From: a virus
Virus record (IMG/VR): IMGVR_UViG_3300046744_000223
Span: 96,001-160,000 of that record
Length of the DNA stretch: 64,000 nucleotides
Direction: 5' to 3' (one strand)
Part shown: positions 26,400 to 36,447 of the stretch, piece after piece
Position numbering within the stretch: position 1 is the first letter of the stretch
Layout of the letters: every line of letters begins with the position of its first letter
Translations under genes and position numbers: made by a program
Notes under the pieces: generated by a model
Database searches by the model: none
What the model saw: only the letters and a program-made list of their open reading frames with translations
What the model was told of the DNA's origin: nothing

Positions 26400-27718
26400 T
26401 ACTCACCTACTTTCTTTAGTTTTGGTAATTTTAATTCAGTTGGCGTGTCTTTCTTTTTCAAAGTTGGTAACGTTAATCCAACTTGTTGTGGACCATCACC
26501 TACTTTGTAAATGTCAAGTATTTCGGACAATTTACTTGACATATTATCAAGTGTAAAGTTGTCTTTTACATACTTACGATTCTTACGAGACTTCTCAACT
26601 GCTTTCTTATAATTATCGTAGATTGTTTTTAAAGTATGAGCTGCGTCATTATAATTAATTGTAAACCACTTGGACTCTTTCCTAATCCAATTGTTTGATG
26701 CTGATTTGTCTACATTTTGAAGTTCACCACCAACTAAGAAATTAAAATCTGAATTCAAGAAATCTATATGACCACTCCAATTTGATGCAATTATTGGTTT
26801 ACCACTAACACAAGCTTCTAATAATGGTCTACCAAATCCCTCACCACGTGTAAATGATACGTGTGCCTTTACCTTTGGGTGATTATACAATGAATTCATC
26901 TCCTCATCTGAAAGGTCACCATCGAGAATATAGATGTTTGGTAGTATCTTTGAATCAATCATACCTTTAATCATTTCGATTCTCTTTCTCAACTCATGTA
27001 CATTTGTGATGCCAGGCGCCGTGAGAGATGTCTTTAGAATAAGTGCTGGTGTATTCTTTTTGTTTTTAAACGTATTTAGGAATGTGTGAATCAAACCACT
27101 TACGTTTTTTCTATCATGACCTATGTTACCTTGTAACCAATGACCAACAAATAGATATGTAAAAGATTCTTTCACATTACTTAGTACATCATTAACAGAT
27201 TGATGAACTTCAGATTTATTATCGTAAATCTTAGGGTCAAATCCTTCGAATAAAACTTCAACCGGCTTTGTTAGAGATGTTTGACCTACCTTTTCTTTGG
27301 TTTTTTCATTTATTTTATCATAAACCACTTCGAGTGTTTTCTTAGAGTGTTCTGATGAAACCAATGTAAGGTCCATACGATTACACCCATCAATAAATTC
27401 AGCAGATGCATCGGTAGTTTCAATAACAGCCGATACCCCAATGTTAAAGTGACCAACGGGTTGGAACTCACTTGGAATTGTAATCTGCATCCACACGTCT
27501 GGCTTCTGATTTATATTACCACTAATGAGCCTTGATGTTAAGTCTACATCTTCCGTTGTGAGTGCATTTTGAGGTGTATTACCCCATCGTTGTGGTAAGA
27601 TTTTTATATCCCACTCTTCACCTTTGGTTTGAATTAACGAACGGACTAAATCTCTCGAACGGGCACCATACCCACTTCTCGTTGCAATAGGGCAACTAAC
27701 TACACATAACTTTTTCAT
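26399..27718 (-). CDS. Glycosyltransferase family 4
   Basis: SGYG, RKN, RGEGFGRPLLEA..GKPII. Confidence 0.88.
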   Translation of the reverse strand: MKKLCVVSCPIATRSGYGARSRDLVRSLIQTKGEEWDIKILPQRWGNTPQNALTTEDVDLTSRLISGNINQKPDVWMQITIPSEFQPVGHFNIGVSAVIETTDASAEFIDGCNRMDLTLVSSEHSKKTLEVVYDKINEKTKEKVGQTSLTKPVEVLFEGFDPKIYDNKSEVHQSVNDVLSNVKESFTYLFVGHWLQGNIGHDRKNVSGLIHTFLNTFKNKKNTPALILKTSLTAPGITNVHELRKRIEMIKGMIDSKILPNIYILDGDLSDEEMNSLYNHPKVKAHVSFTRGEGFGRPLLEACVSGKPIIASNWSGHIDFLNSDFNFLVGGELQNVDKSASNNWIRKESKWFTINYNDAAHTLKTIYDNYKKAVEKSRKNRKYVKDNFTLDNMSSKLSEILDIYKVGDGPQQVGLTLPTLKKKDTPTELKLPKLKKVGE

Positions 27719-29124
27719 ACTGAATAAATCTCAAATCTTTTACGAGGTGTCCAATTTTCAAGACAACCATCAATTGCGTCAATAAACTTACCACCCATAT
27801 TTTCGGATGCCATCCCACTCTCACCTTGAACCCACTCATGTCCAATATGTCCCACGTATTCTAAGTGGTCTCTACCATCTTCAAGAGCGTTTCCTAACTT
27901 CTCAGCTACATCCATAAAGTCACATCTATCATCGAATATGTATGGTGTTTGTGGTGAACCTTGTAGTGACCTATTAGATGGCCATACAGGATAAACCCAA
28001 CTACCACGTCCTAATAATTCATACTTAGACCATTTTCTTCTATCATGTAGTGACCCAATCTCAACATAATCTTCAGCAGTTAGAATTTCACCTTCCAAAT
28101 CAAAACCACATTGGTCTTGAAGACCACCTGTTACGTTGACTATAATTGGTGTACCAGCTCTCAATGCTTCACAAGAGGCGAGTCCGAAACCTTCATTAGA
28201 AGCTATGTTTAGAATGATATCACCTGAATTGTAATATAGGTTTAAATCTTCGGTAGTGAATTTAGCATCAGTAAATTTATAATCACCATAGTGACCATTG
28301 TGTTTGATTACCTCATTCAAGTCAGTTCCATTGTCATCACTTCGTTGAGTATGGAAGAATAAACATACCTTCTTATCCTCATGTTGTTTTGCAAACTCAT
28401 TGAATGCAAGAACTACATCACCTGGTACTTTTCTACGAATATTTCTATTGTTCCATAGAACTACAAAGTCGTATTCGTTTAATCCAAATCTGTTTTTGAA
28501 TTCCACTAACTTTGCGTCATCCGATGGTAATGGTTTGAAGTGTTTGGATACTCCATGTGGGATATATTTGTATGCCCAATCGTCCTTCGCCATACCATAC
28601 TTCTCAAGAGTTCTCTTGTTTATACCATAGGTTTGTTTTGAGATTGACAATAACATATCACACGATGCATAAAATGGTGCATTCCACATTGGGTCTGGTA
28701 ATGAGTCCCAAATATTGTAATACATAATAGGAACGAACTCTCTTACTTCATGCTCCATATCGTACAACCACTTCCAAAAACGTGGGTCAGTGAAGTGTAA
28801 GATTGCATCAGGTTTCTCAATGTTAATAAGTTGCCTTAATATTTCAGGATTCCCATATCCGCTACTTGCGTATATTTTGAGTGATGCATCTTCTACACCA
28901 GTTTCCTTTTGTGTATCAGCTGAAACATCAAACATCTTACCCTCTTCGGGATGTTTTAGTGCTGCCCCAAGTTGAACCCAATCATACTTATGAATTGTTG
29001 AAAAAACAATCTCTTTTGATTGTGTTGCTATACCACTATGTAATCTGAGGTCATCCGAAAGAAGTAGAATCTTTTTCTTCTTCGGTTTAGTTGGGTCTAC
29101 TTTTCGTAGTTTTGGTAATTCCAT
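27715..29124 (-). CDS. Glycosyltransferase family 4
   Basis: IPHG, RNIRRK, NEGFGLASCEALRAGTPII. Confidence 0.88.
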   Translation of the reverse strand: MELPKLRKVDPTKPKKKKILLLSDDLRLHSGIATQSKEIVFSTIHKYDWVQLGAALKHPEEGKMFDVSADTQKETGVEDASLKIYASSGYGNPEILRQLINIEKPDAILHFTDPRFWKWLYDMEHEVREFVPIMYYNIWDSLPDPMWNAPFYASCDMLLSISKQTYGINKRTLEKYGMAKDDWAYKYIPHGVSKHFKPLPSDDAKLVEFKNRFGLNEYDFVVLWNNRNIRRKVPGDVVLAFNEFAKQHEDKKVCLFFHTQRSDDNGTDLNEVIKHNGHYGDYKFTDAKFTTEDLNLYYNSGDIILNIASNEGFGLASCEALRAGTPIIVNVTGGLQDQCGFDLEGEILTAEDYVEIGSLHDRRKWSKYELLGRGSWVYPVWPSNRSLQGSPQTPYIFDDRCDFMDVAEKLGNALEDGRDHLEYVGHIGHEWVQGESGMASENMGGKFIDAIDGCLENWTPRKRFEIYSV

Positions 29125-29180
29125 TCGTAACTATTTCCTTTTTATTTAGTTATAAATATACAAAATATATTTATTAAATC

Positions 29181-31016
29181 CTAATTTTTAAAATACATCA
29201 TATCGTTGATTACTAATATATCAACATCAGACTCATCAAATAATTTCATTGCATCTTCGGGCGTTTCCACAATAGGTTCACCTTTTACATTCAGTGAAGT
29301 ATTTAGTACAACTGGCACACCAGTTATGTCCTTAAATTTAGAAATCAAATCGTAAAATATAGGGTTATGGTCTCTTGTTAAAGTCTGAACACGTGATGTA
29401 TTGTCTATATGAACTGCTGATGGTATTTCTTGTGGCTTTCTACATGGTACAGTATGTAACATAAATGGTGACTCAAAATCCATATTGAACCACTCCTCCT
29501 TATCTTCGGTTAACACTACTGGCGCAAATGGTCTAAACCATTCTCTGAATTTAACTCTTGAGTTTAGAATATCCTTCATCTCTTTATTACGAGGGTCACT
29601 TATAAAAGAACGATTACCCAATGCACGTGGACCTACTTCAGAGTGACCTTGATACCAACACACAATTTTACCATCAGCAATATTTTGAGCAACTACATCC
29701 AAATCTAATGGAACTGCATTTGTGTCAGTTTCAGGTTGGTGGTCATATGTAACACCTAAATAAGCAAGTTCATTTGTAGTGTAGTTAACACGTTTACCAC
29801 CTAAATTAAAGTGATAGTAAAACAATGCCGAACCAGCTGGTATCCCATCATCACCACACGCTGGGAAAAAGTGTATATTCTTAAATTTTGTTTCTTTTAA
29901 TATCTTATAATTTGCGTTACAATTTAAAAATGTACCACCGGCTAAACACAAATTACCATCGTTGAAATTTTTAGTATCTTCATATAATTCATTGATATAC
30001 TTAATAAGAGCACGTTCTAATAAATATTGAATACTTGCAGCAATATCCATGACTTCTTGAGAATCTGATTCTTCTTTTGAATACACTGTTTGGTATATTC
30101 TATTTATAAACTGATAACCTGGTTCTTTATTTACGTACTCTTTACGTGCTGTACTTATGAATGGGTATCTACCACTGATTTCTGAAAATAACCAATCACT
30201 ATATCGGTGATATTCAGTACTAATTTGATTAAATGGGAGACACCACTTTTCCCACTGCTCCATGGTCTTACCATTTACATTACCGAATGAAGATAATCCC
30301 ATTAATGTACCTGCTTTTAATGTTCCCGGCCCTAACCCACAAAACTCAGTAGCTACATCATAGAAGTTCCCCAACATAAATTCAGGAGATTTAAAAGATT
30401 GTAGTATACTACCATTACCAACCATTGAGGTACTACAATTTTTTGGAGTATGCATCGAAGCGTCGGCCGTAAATACAGCTGCCCTTGGAAATGGTGATGT
30501 ATAAAATGCAGCTGCAGCATGGGCAGTATGATGTCTTACAAAGCAACCATTAATTGGTCGGGTGTACCCCTCTATATCAATTATCAATGGAAATGATTCA
30601 CTATGTTGTATCACTTCAGGCCCAAATGGAGGGTCGATGTTGTCTATAAATTCCGGCAGAGATATCCCAAGCCCATCAACATATTCTGGTTTGTATGGAA
30701 ACTCATCCAAGTGGTTGAGTATTCTCGTGTCTTGTCGTTGTGCGCCAAATGTATTAAGTGGATAAACGGAATTGGTTGGGCTGTATAGTTTTATCCAATT
30801 ACAATTATTATAGTTCCAAAATGCCATTGTGATACAATCTATATCATCAATAGTCATTTCGTTTACTTGTAGAAAGTGGTTAAAGAACTCTCTACTTAAT
30901 ACTTCATCTTTCTTTACCCTACTGTATCTTTCAACGCTTAATGATGATACTAATTTGCCATTACGTACTAACGATAATGATGCATCATGGCCGGTGTGCA
31001 TTCCTATTATATTCAT
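29181..31016 (-). CDS. Carbamoyltransferase (NodU/CmcH/TobZ family)
   Basis: GHDAS, ERYSRVK, HHTAHA, LMGL, LAGG..LN, GDDG, EVGPRALGNRS, KFREWFRPFAP, LNTSLN. Confidence 0.92.
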   Translation of the reverse strand: MNIIGMHTGHDASLSLVRNGKLVSSLSVERYSRVKKDEVLSREFFNHFLQVNEMTIDDIDCITMAFWNYNNCNWIKLYSPTNSVYPLNTFGAQRQDTRILNHLDEFPYKPEYVDGLGISLPEFIDNIDPPFGPEVIQHSESFPLIIDIEGYTRPINGCFVRHHTAHAAAAFYTSPFPRAAVFTADASMHTPKNCSTSMVGNGSILQSFKSPEFMLGNFYDVATEFCGLGPGTLKAGTLMGLSSFGNVNGKTMEQWEKWCLPFNQISTEYHRYSDWLFSEISGRYPFISTARKEYVNKEPGYQFINRIYQTVYSKEESDSQEVMDIAASIQYLLERALIKYINELYEDTKNFNDGNLCLAGGTFLNCNANYKILKETKFKNIHFFPACGDDGIPAGSALFYYHFNLGGKRVNYTTNELAYLGVTYDHQPETDTNAVPLDLDVVAQNIADGKIVCWYQGHSEVGPRALGNRSFISDPRNKEMKDILNSRVKFREWFRPFAPVVLTEDKEEWFNMDFESPFMLHTVPCRKPQEIPSAVHIDNTSRVQTLTRDHNPIFYDLISKFKDITGVPVVLNTSLNVKGEPIVETPEDAMKLFDESDVDILVINDMMYFKN

Positions 31017-31408
31017 TGTATAAATTTAGCAGTTTTACCATTACGACTTAATACTCGTTTAAAATGGTTGAATTCATTTTTTTTAATTTCCCCAAAGAAG
31101 TATAACTTATCTGAACCTCTGACTACACAATCATATTGATGTAAAGGCTGAGTTGGGTGATATGGCTTACCATAATATTCAGATTCCATGCCACTATATA
31201 ATGACATTATAGTATGTGCTGGATTATACTCTATATACTTAACACCTAATTCTAATGAGAACTTACGTACCCATTTTTCTATACCATCAGTGTTTCCACG
31301 TGTTACTAGTATTAATTCTTCTCCAAATTTTTGTTTTAGATTCCAAACGAGTTCTTTTACTTCACCCCTATTCTCATACGTTGGACTCCCCAGCAGTGCT
31401 ATTCTCAT
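31013..31408 (-). CDS. SLOG/YspA-like (DUF2493-like) protein
   Basis: MRIALLGS.TY.N, LVTRG..DG motif; likely start MRIALL at 31408. Confidence 0.6.
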   Translation of the reverse strand: MRIALLGSPTYENRGEVKELVWNLKQKFGEELILVTRGNTDGIEKWVRKFSLELGVKYIEYNPAHTIMSLYSGMESEYYGKPYHPTQPLHQYDCVVRGSDKLYFFGEIKKNEFNHFKRVLSRNGKTAKFIQ

Positions 31409-31904
31409 ATTTTTTGAGTCTTTTTTGAACCTTCCTCCAATACTTCTTGGTTTGTTTTTTTTGTAATCCCTTCGGACCACCATTCCAACACCTAGCGATT
31501 TTTTCATATGAACTTGTTTCGTGATAATAATTTGCAACTATGTTAAACATTTGAATAGATTTATCTCTACTCCATCGGTCTTCTAATGTAAATATGTAAT
31601 CTGAACCTTTTAAATCCAAAATTCGGTTAACTTCTTTTAACATTATTGGTCTAATTTGAAGAACACCAACAGCATCTTCTTTTTTACAATATGCAGACGT
31701 GTCACCACGACTTTCTACCCAAATGATTGCTTCTACTAAATCGTTTAGGTTTCTTAACGAAACGGGTGCTAATTGTACATTTGGGGGTGTTACTTCGATT
31801 TGGTTAATTTCTTTTAAAGGAATATTAATTAAAGATTCCTTTTTTTTAATCATGTAGGTAGATGAAATTAATAAAATAGCAGGTACTAATAGTAACTTTC
31901 TCAT
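31374..31904 (-). CDS. Lytic transglycosylase-like (lysozyme fold) with N-terminal anchor
   Basis: AIIWVESRG, AVGVLQI, ARCWNGG. Confidence 0.8.
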   Translation of the reverse strand: MRKLLLVPAILLISSTYMIKKKESLINIPLKEINQIEVTPPNVQLAPVSLRNLNDLVEAIIWVESRGDTSAYCKKEDAVGVLQIRPIMLKEVNRILDLKGSDYIFTLEDRWSRDKSIQMFNIVANYYHETSSYEKIARCWNGGPKGLQKKQTKKYWRKVQKRLKKYENSTAGESNV

Positions 31905-31907
31905 ATA

Positions 31908-32843
31908 TTAGGATTTGATTCTTTCCTTACGATTACACAACTCACTTTTCTTGAAAGGACAATACTTACAATTCTTGGAGTTCTTACCTGCGATAGCAGG
32001 AAACTCACCTTCAGTATTATATGACCCATCTTCATTGAATGATTTAGATATAAAATCATCGAATGATGTTGATACGTTTCTCATTGTAATACTACCATGA
32101 GCAGGTACAAACTCTTGAACTCTCTTCTGAGCAAACATTGCTTCTTCCCACAACTTACGTTTTACAATAAAGTATCTGACTTGAATCTTGTCGATAGGCC
32201 ATCCGTATTGTTCTGAGAAGAACTTCTTATATAAAACTAATTGAGCAGTCTTGGTTTTATCTTTCTTCTGATACTCATTCCATCCTCTTGTAGATGTCTT
32301 GATATCCCAAATCTCTATGATACCATCTTGGTCTTCAAACACTAAATCGATGAATCCCTTCATCATAATGTTTTTGTTTGAGGTCTCGTGGAAGATTGGT
32401 AACTCTACACCCCTCAAGCTTAACTTCTTAGTTGAGAAGTAATCAGTACGATTCTTTTTGATGTAGTCAATGATTTGAATACCATCATCATAGAACTCGT
32501 TCATCTCAGCTTTGGTTGTGAATGAACCATATCGTTCTGACATTGATTTGTACTCATTAGCCATTGAAGTTAATAACAACTGACCCAAGTCGAGTTTATC
32601 TGCTTCAGTAGGCCCATCCTTATACAAGACTTGTAACCACTCTTGGAGAGTCTCGTGCATGGCAGTCCCAAAGACAAGGTGAATGGATGGGTCAAAGTCT
32701 TTGTGACCATCCATATAGGTTAACTTCCATTGTTTAGGGCAGTTTGCCCACATTGTATATTGGGAGTATGATACTTTGGAAACCCCACCTACGTCTTCTC
32801 GTATGGAGAGGTTAAACACATTTGATACTTCTGACTTTTTCAT
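31908..32843 (-). CDS. PD-(D/E)XK nuclease (Cas4/RecB-like) with Cys cluster
   Basis: SYSQ...CP, GTAMHE, GFIDL, DIKT, QLVLY, CKYCPF..LC. Confidence 0.85.
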   Translation of the reverse strand: MKKSEVSNVFNLSIREDVGGVSKVSYSQYTMWANCPKQWKLTYMDGHKDFDPSIHLVFGTAMHETLQEWLQVLYKDGPTEADKLDLGQLLLTSMANEYKSMSERYGSFTTKAEMNEFYDDGIQIIDYIKKNRTDYFSTKKLSLRGVELPIFHETSNKNIMMKGFIDLVFEDQDGIIEIWDIKTSTRGWNEYQKKDKTKTAQLVLYKKFFSEQYGWPIDKIQVRYFIVKRKLWEEAMFAQKRVQEFVPAHGSITMRNVSTSFDDFISKSFNEDGSYNTEGEFPAIAGKNSKNCKYCPFKKSELCNRKERIKS

Positions 32844-32848
32844 ATACT

Positions 32849-32903
32849 CTAATATACGAAATTATAGTGAAACCACCAAATTTCTATGTTAAATAATTGT
32901 TAA
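32849..32903 (-). promoter_or_regulatory. TTTG-N20-TATATTAG promoter plus upstream TTAACA-N5-TTAACA box
   Basis: Promoter 32849-32880; direct repeat 32887-32903. Confidence 0.75.
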
Positions 32904-33067
32904 GATTGTGACTCTACACCTGCTTGATAAGCAAGTCTGAGACCATATCCGATGAGGATTCCACCAAGAAACGACAATAGGACTGAGTTGTAGGTATTAG
33001 AAAACCATATACCAAACACACTCATCCATATTGCGTGACCATACTTGGTCAGTTTTACTTTGCCCAT
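32900..33067 (-). CDS. Small membrane protein (55 aa)
   Basis: Manual translation MGKVKLTKYGHAIWMSVFGIWFSNTYNSVLLSFLGGILIGYGLRLAYQAGVESQS; fills gap. Confidence 0.55.
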   Translation of the reverse strand: MGKVKLTKYGHAIWMSVFGIWFSNTYNSVLLSFLGGILIGYGLRLAYQAGVESQS

Positions 33068-33465
33068 TTTCCGTTTTGGACTAATTGAGCAATGATACCA
33101 TATACTGATAAATCTGCATAGGTATCTTGTAGTGATTCACCAACCTCATCGGGTTGACCTAATACTACGAGTTGTTTTAGTCTCTGAACCTTATCGTTCA
33201 TTCTGAACCACAATCCAGTTAGTGATAGTTTCACATCATCTTTTGTCTCTAAAGTAGTTCCAACTGAGATGTTACCTGGTCCGTAGTTTCGTTGCTTCTT
33301 ACAAAAGGTTTCGTATTGTTCCCACATGATTCTTTTGTACTCTTCCATCATTTCAGGATAAGTATCCTCACAAAATTCTATTGCGGTCATCTCACCATAT
33401 ATGGGTCTTTCTTCTTCGTTAACCCACTCAACTTTAGTCTTTGCTTCTTTTATTATTTCAGCCAT
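33055..33465 (-). CDS. DUF1599-like nucleotide-modification-associated protein
   Basis: KKQRNYG, RMNDKVQRL, ESLQDT..DL..YGII. Confidence 0.75.
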   Translation of the reverse strand: MAEIIKEAKTKVEWVNEEERPIYGEMTAIEFCEDTYPEMMEEYKRIMWEQYETFCKKQRNYGPGNISVGTTLETKDDVKLSLTGLWFRMNDKVQRLKQLVVLGQPDEVGESLQDTYADLSVYGIIAQLVQNGKWAK

Positions 33466-33893
33466 TTTTTTATGTCTTTTTTATCTACACCAAACTTTTG
33501 AATAATCTCAATTACTTCATCTTTTGATAAAATTTCAAGATAATCCTTAACTTCACGTTCTGATACTTCGAAGTATCGTGTCAAGTAACTCAATACCTTA
33601 TCATTATACTTGTCACCACCCTTTGCTTTTATATACTTGTCGAATGACTTTTTCTTAGGTAAGACATCCAAGTATAACTTGTATACATCTTTCGGTGAGA
33701 GTTGGCCAACGGTATATTGTTGTAACTCATTGACCAACTCAAGAAGACCCATATTCATAGATAGAAATCTATTTACCATATATGGTTCGAAACTCTTTTT
33801 GTCCATAACTGAAAGGGACTCCCAAGATGTTTTCTTCTCCTTTATTCCCGAAAGGTGTTGAAATAAGGTCTTAGCTTTCTTTGCTTCCGCCAT
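33453..33893 (-). CDS. Clamp loader small subunit (T4 gp62-like)
   Basis: FEPYMVNRFLS, L..YFEVS.RE..DYL.IL; context. Confidence 0.7.
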   Translation of the reverse strand: MAEAKKAKTLFQHLSGIKEKKTSWESLSVMDKKSFEPYMVNRFLSMNMGLLELVNELQQYTVGQLSPKDVYKLYLDVLPKKKSFDKYIKAKGGDKYNDKVLSYLTRYFEVSEREVKDYLEILSKDEVIEIIQKFGVDKKDIKKWLK

Positions 33894-34161
33894 CTTCAAA
33901 AAACTCTTTTGGAGTGAACTTTGGATGTACTGTCCCACATTCATTACAAATGACTACGGGAATGGGTAACATGGATGCTTGACCTGATGGTGACTGAACT
34001 GCTGGCACTTCCTTGTACATGGAAACTTCCGTAAAAAATATACCATCACAATTAGGACAAGTTACTGTTGGTAACTTGAATGGGTCTAATTGTATTTGCG
34101 GTGCTGTTTGTGCATTAGGTGGACCACCCATACTTACTACTTTACCTTTTTTCTTAGCCAT
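33871..34161 (-). CDS. Zinc-ribbon protein
   Basis: CPNC...CNECG. Confidence 0.7.
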   Translation of the reverse strand: MAKKKGKVVSMGGPPNAQTAPQIQLDPFKLPTVTCPNCDGIFFTEVSMYKEVPAVQSPSGQASMLPIPVVICNECGTVHPKFTPKEFFEDGGSKES

Positions 34162-34164
34162 AAC

Positions 34165-34335
34165 TTACTTGTTTTCTTCTACCGAAGCCTTACGATACTC
34201 AGTAACTAATTTCTTCAACTCACCAATTGCTTTTCTAGCTTGGGTAGCAGATTTCTTGGTTGTTCCGTTGTGAGACTCCGTGAAGTCTGCAAACAACTCA
34301 GTCATTTGCTCGAATAATTCGTTTGAATTTGCCAT
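34165..34335 (-). CDS. Histone H1-like (Hc1-type) small DNA-binding protein
   Basis: Manual translation 56 aa ...KKSATQARKAIGELKKLVTEYRKASVEENK, like Bacteroidota Hc1-family proteins. Confidence 0.7.
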   Translation of the reverse strand: MANSNELFEQMTELFADFTESHNGTTKKSATQARKAIGELKKLVTEYRKASVEENK

Positions 34336-34338
34336 AAT

Positions 34339-35259
34339 TTACTTTCCTATTGTTATTAATATATTTAACATCATCGCCATTACGTTGATTTCCTTATCAA
34401 CTACCATTGCGTCTTTGTACTGACCATCTGCGATGTTTAAGATAGTCTGACCCACTTTACCACTTGCGTAGTTATCTACCTCGTCATAAAGAGAACGATA
34501 CAATGGTGTAAAATCCTTTAATTTTGAATCATTGATGATTTGTCTGATTTCCGTGAATTGTTCTTTGATGTCACCACTCTTTTGTAAAACCTTAATTACA
34601 TTATCGGTGTAATTAGCTTGTACAGTAGATGTGGTATCAATCTTTAACTCACCCTTGACAACTTGACGTTGTGCTGCGTTCAGTACTCTACGAATATCAG
34701 GATATCCACTATTCACCAACACAGCAAGGTCTTCGTTGTTAAACGTAACACTTTCTTCATTTAAGATTTGGTGTAAACGTTTAGCTACTTCCTTCTTTGA
34801 TGGAGGTGCGATAGCAAATGTCTGACATCTTGATTGGATAGGGTCAATGACCTTCTCCACGTAATTACACGTTAATATGAATCGTGTTGATTTACTGAAA
34901 GTCTCCATTAAGTTACGGAGTGCTGCTTGTGCGTTTGGTGTCAAATAATCAGACTCATCTAAGATTACAACTTTCCACTTACGGAATCCCATAGATGATG
35001 CGAACCCACGAATCTTATCACGAACTGCATCAACCGAGTTTTCATCCGAAGCGTTGATGTACATAACATCACAATCAATTTGGTTTGTAATGATTTTAGC
35101 GAGAGTGGTTTTACCAGTACCTGCTACTCCATAAAGTAATAGATGTGGTACATCATCATTCTCGATGTAAATCTTTACCTTCTCAAGGATATGGTCGTTA
35201 CCTACATAACCTTCTAATGTGTCTGGTCGATACTTCTCAACCCATAGTGAATTACTCAT
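34339..35259 (-). CDS. Clamp loader AAA+ subunit (RFC/gp44-like)
   Basis: WVEKYRP, GVAGTGKT, NASD, LDESD, SRC. Confidence 0.92.
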   Translation of the reverse strand: MSNSLWVEKYRPDTLEGYVGNDHILEKVKIYIENDDVPHLLLYGVAGTGKTTLAKIITNQIDCDVMYINASDENSVDAVRDKIRGFASSMGFRKWKVVILDESDYLTPNAQAALRNLMETFSKSTRFILTCNYVEKVIDPIQSRCQTFAIAPPSKKEVAKRLHQILNEESVTFNNEDLAVLVNSGYPDIRRVLNAAQRQVVKGELKIDTTSTVQANYTDNVIKVLQKSGDIKEQFTEIRQIINDSKLKDFTPLYRSLYDEVDNYASGKVGQTILNIADGQYKDAMVVDKEINVMAMMLNILITIGK

Positions 35260-36446
35260 CGTCCTACTTCTTTTAAGTATTGTTTTTTTGCTTCTTCCCA
35301 AGACATACCAATGATGTCAAGATAAAATAATGGTTCTGGTTTAATACGACCCTCATCAAATAGTTTAGAGTATCGTTTAATAGCCTTCTTCTTCCACCAC
35401 CTCATAGTGTAATCATCACCTTCCTCAAACTTCTTCTTTAGTTTCAATTCACTTTCGTCAATCTCATTACGAAGAAACTCATTTCCATTATCATACATCA
35501 TAGCGAAGTATACACCTCGTTTGAATCCATGCATATAATGACTTTGTTTAATACCCAATTCTTTGAATATCATTGATAGAATGCGTTGCTTTACACCTGA
35601 TACAGGTCCAGCAATCCCATCTTTCTGAGTTGTGTGTCTAGCATACTCATCTGGCTGGTTTTCTTTTAACCATTGATGCCATACATCATAAACTGAATCA
35701 TCTGGCTTGGTAGCAACTTTACCAGCTGACTCACCCAATGTTTTGAAATGTGGAATACCATTATATTGGGAGTGGATACCATATAGTGAAGTAGTACCTA
35801 CTGCAATAAGTTCTTGTCCGTACTTTTCTTTCCAATGTTCACGAACGACTGGAGATGTAGTCATACAGGCTACTAACTTACCACCTAAGAAGTTATATCC
35901 TAATGGTTGAGTACACACAATAGTACTTGCTATTGTAGTGTGATTCAATCTACCATCTTGGAATTTATTCTCCTTAGTCCATCCTATATAGTTATCCCTA
36001 ACTCCCAATGAAGTGACATCAGAACCCAAAGAAACCAACCCCAACATCTTACCACTTACTCGGTCTTTAATGTACATCTTTACATTACGACCTGGATTAG
36101 CAGTGAATGACATTGTATGGATTAACTTACGGATTTCAGTCCAACGAGTGGATTCTTTGGAGTCAGTTACAATCTCAACGTATGGGTCAAGGTCCTCAAT
36201 CTCTTTGATTGTTTGGTCCTTGTTCGTAATGTCAGTAGGTGACCATAGTTGGTCAATATACTGAGCCATTGCGGCTTTCCGTTTCATTGAAGTTGGTAAG
36301 TCTGAATTCCACTCATCCCACTTTTTGTAAAGCGTCTGCTCTTCTACTGACATTGATGAAAGGTAGTCCATATTCTCAATGAACTTTTCTTTCTCAACAT
36401 TATAGTCAAACACCGGCTTCGTTGGTTCTGTGTCCCAAAACTGCAT
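35256..36446 (-). CDS. DUF4338 / Druantia DruA-like protein
   Basis: PGR, LGVRDNYIGW, PLGYNFLGGKL, TTSLYG..SQYN motifs. Confidence 0.7.
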   Translation of the reverse strand: MQFWDTEPTKPVFDYNVEKEKFIENMDYLSSMSVEEQTLYKKWDEWNSDLPTSMKRKAAMAQYIDQLWSPTDITNKDQTIKEIEDLDPYVEIVTDSKESTRWTEIRKLIHTMSFTANPGRNVKMYIKDRVSGKMLGLVSLGSDVTSLGVRDNYIGWTKENKFQDGRLNHTTIASTIVCTQPLGYNFLGGKLVACMTTSPVVREHWKEKYGQELIAVGTTSLYGIHSQYNGIPHFKTLGESAGKVATKPDDSVYDVWHQWLKENQPDEYARHTTQKDGIAGPVSGVKQRILSMIFKELGIKQSHYMHGFKRGVYFAMMYDNGNEFLRNEIDESELKLKKKFEEGDDYTMRWWKKKAIKRYSKLFDEGRIKPEPLFYLDIIGMSWEEAKKQYLKEVGR

Positions 36447-36447
36447 A

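Noticed and set aside
11485-31016. Cellular (bacterial) LPS/capsule locus
   Set aside because: Contiguous and co-oriented with T4-like replisome, baseplate and endolysin genes, shares phage promoter motifs, and lacks export genes.
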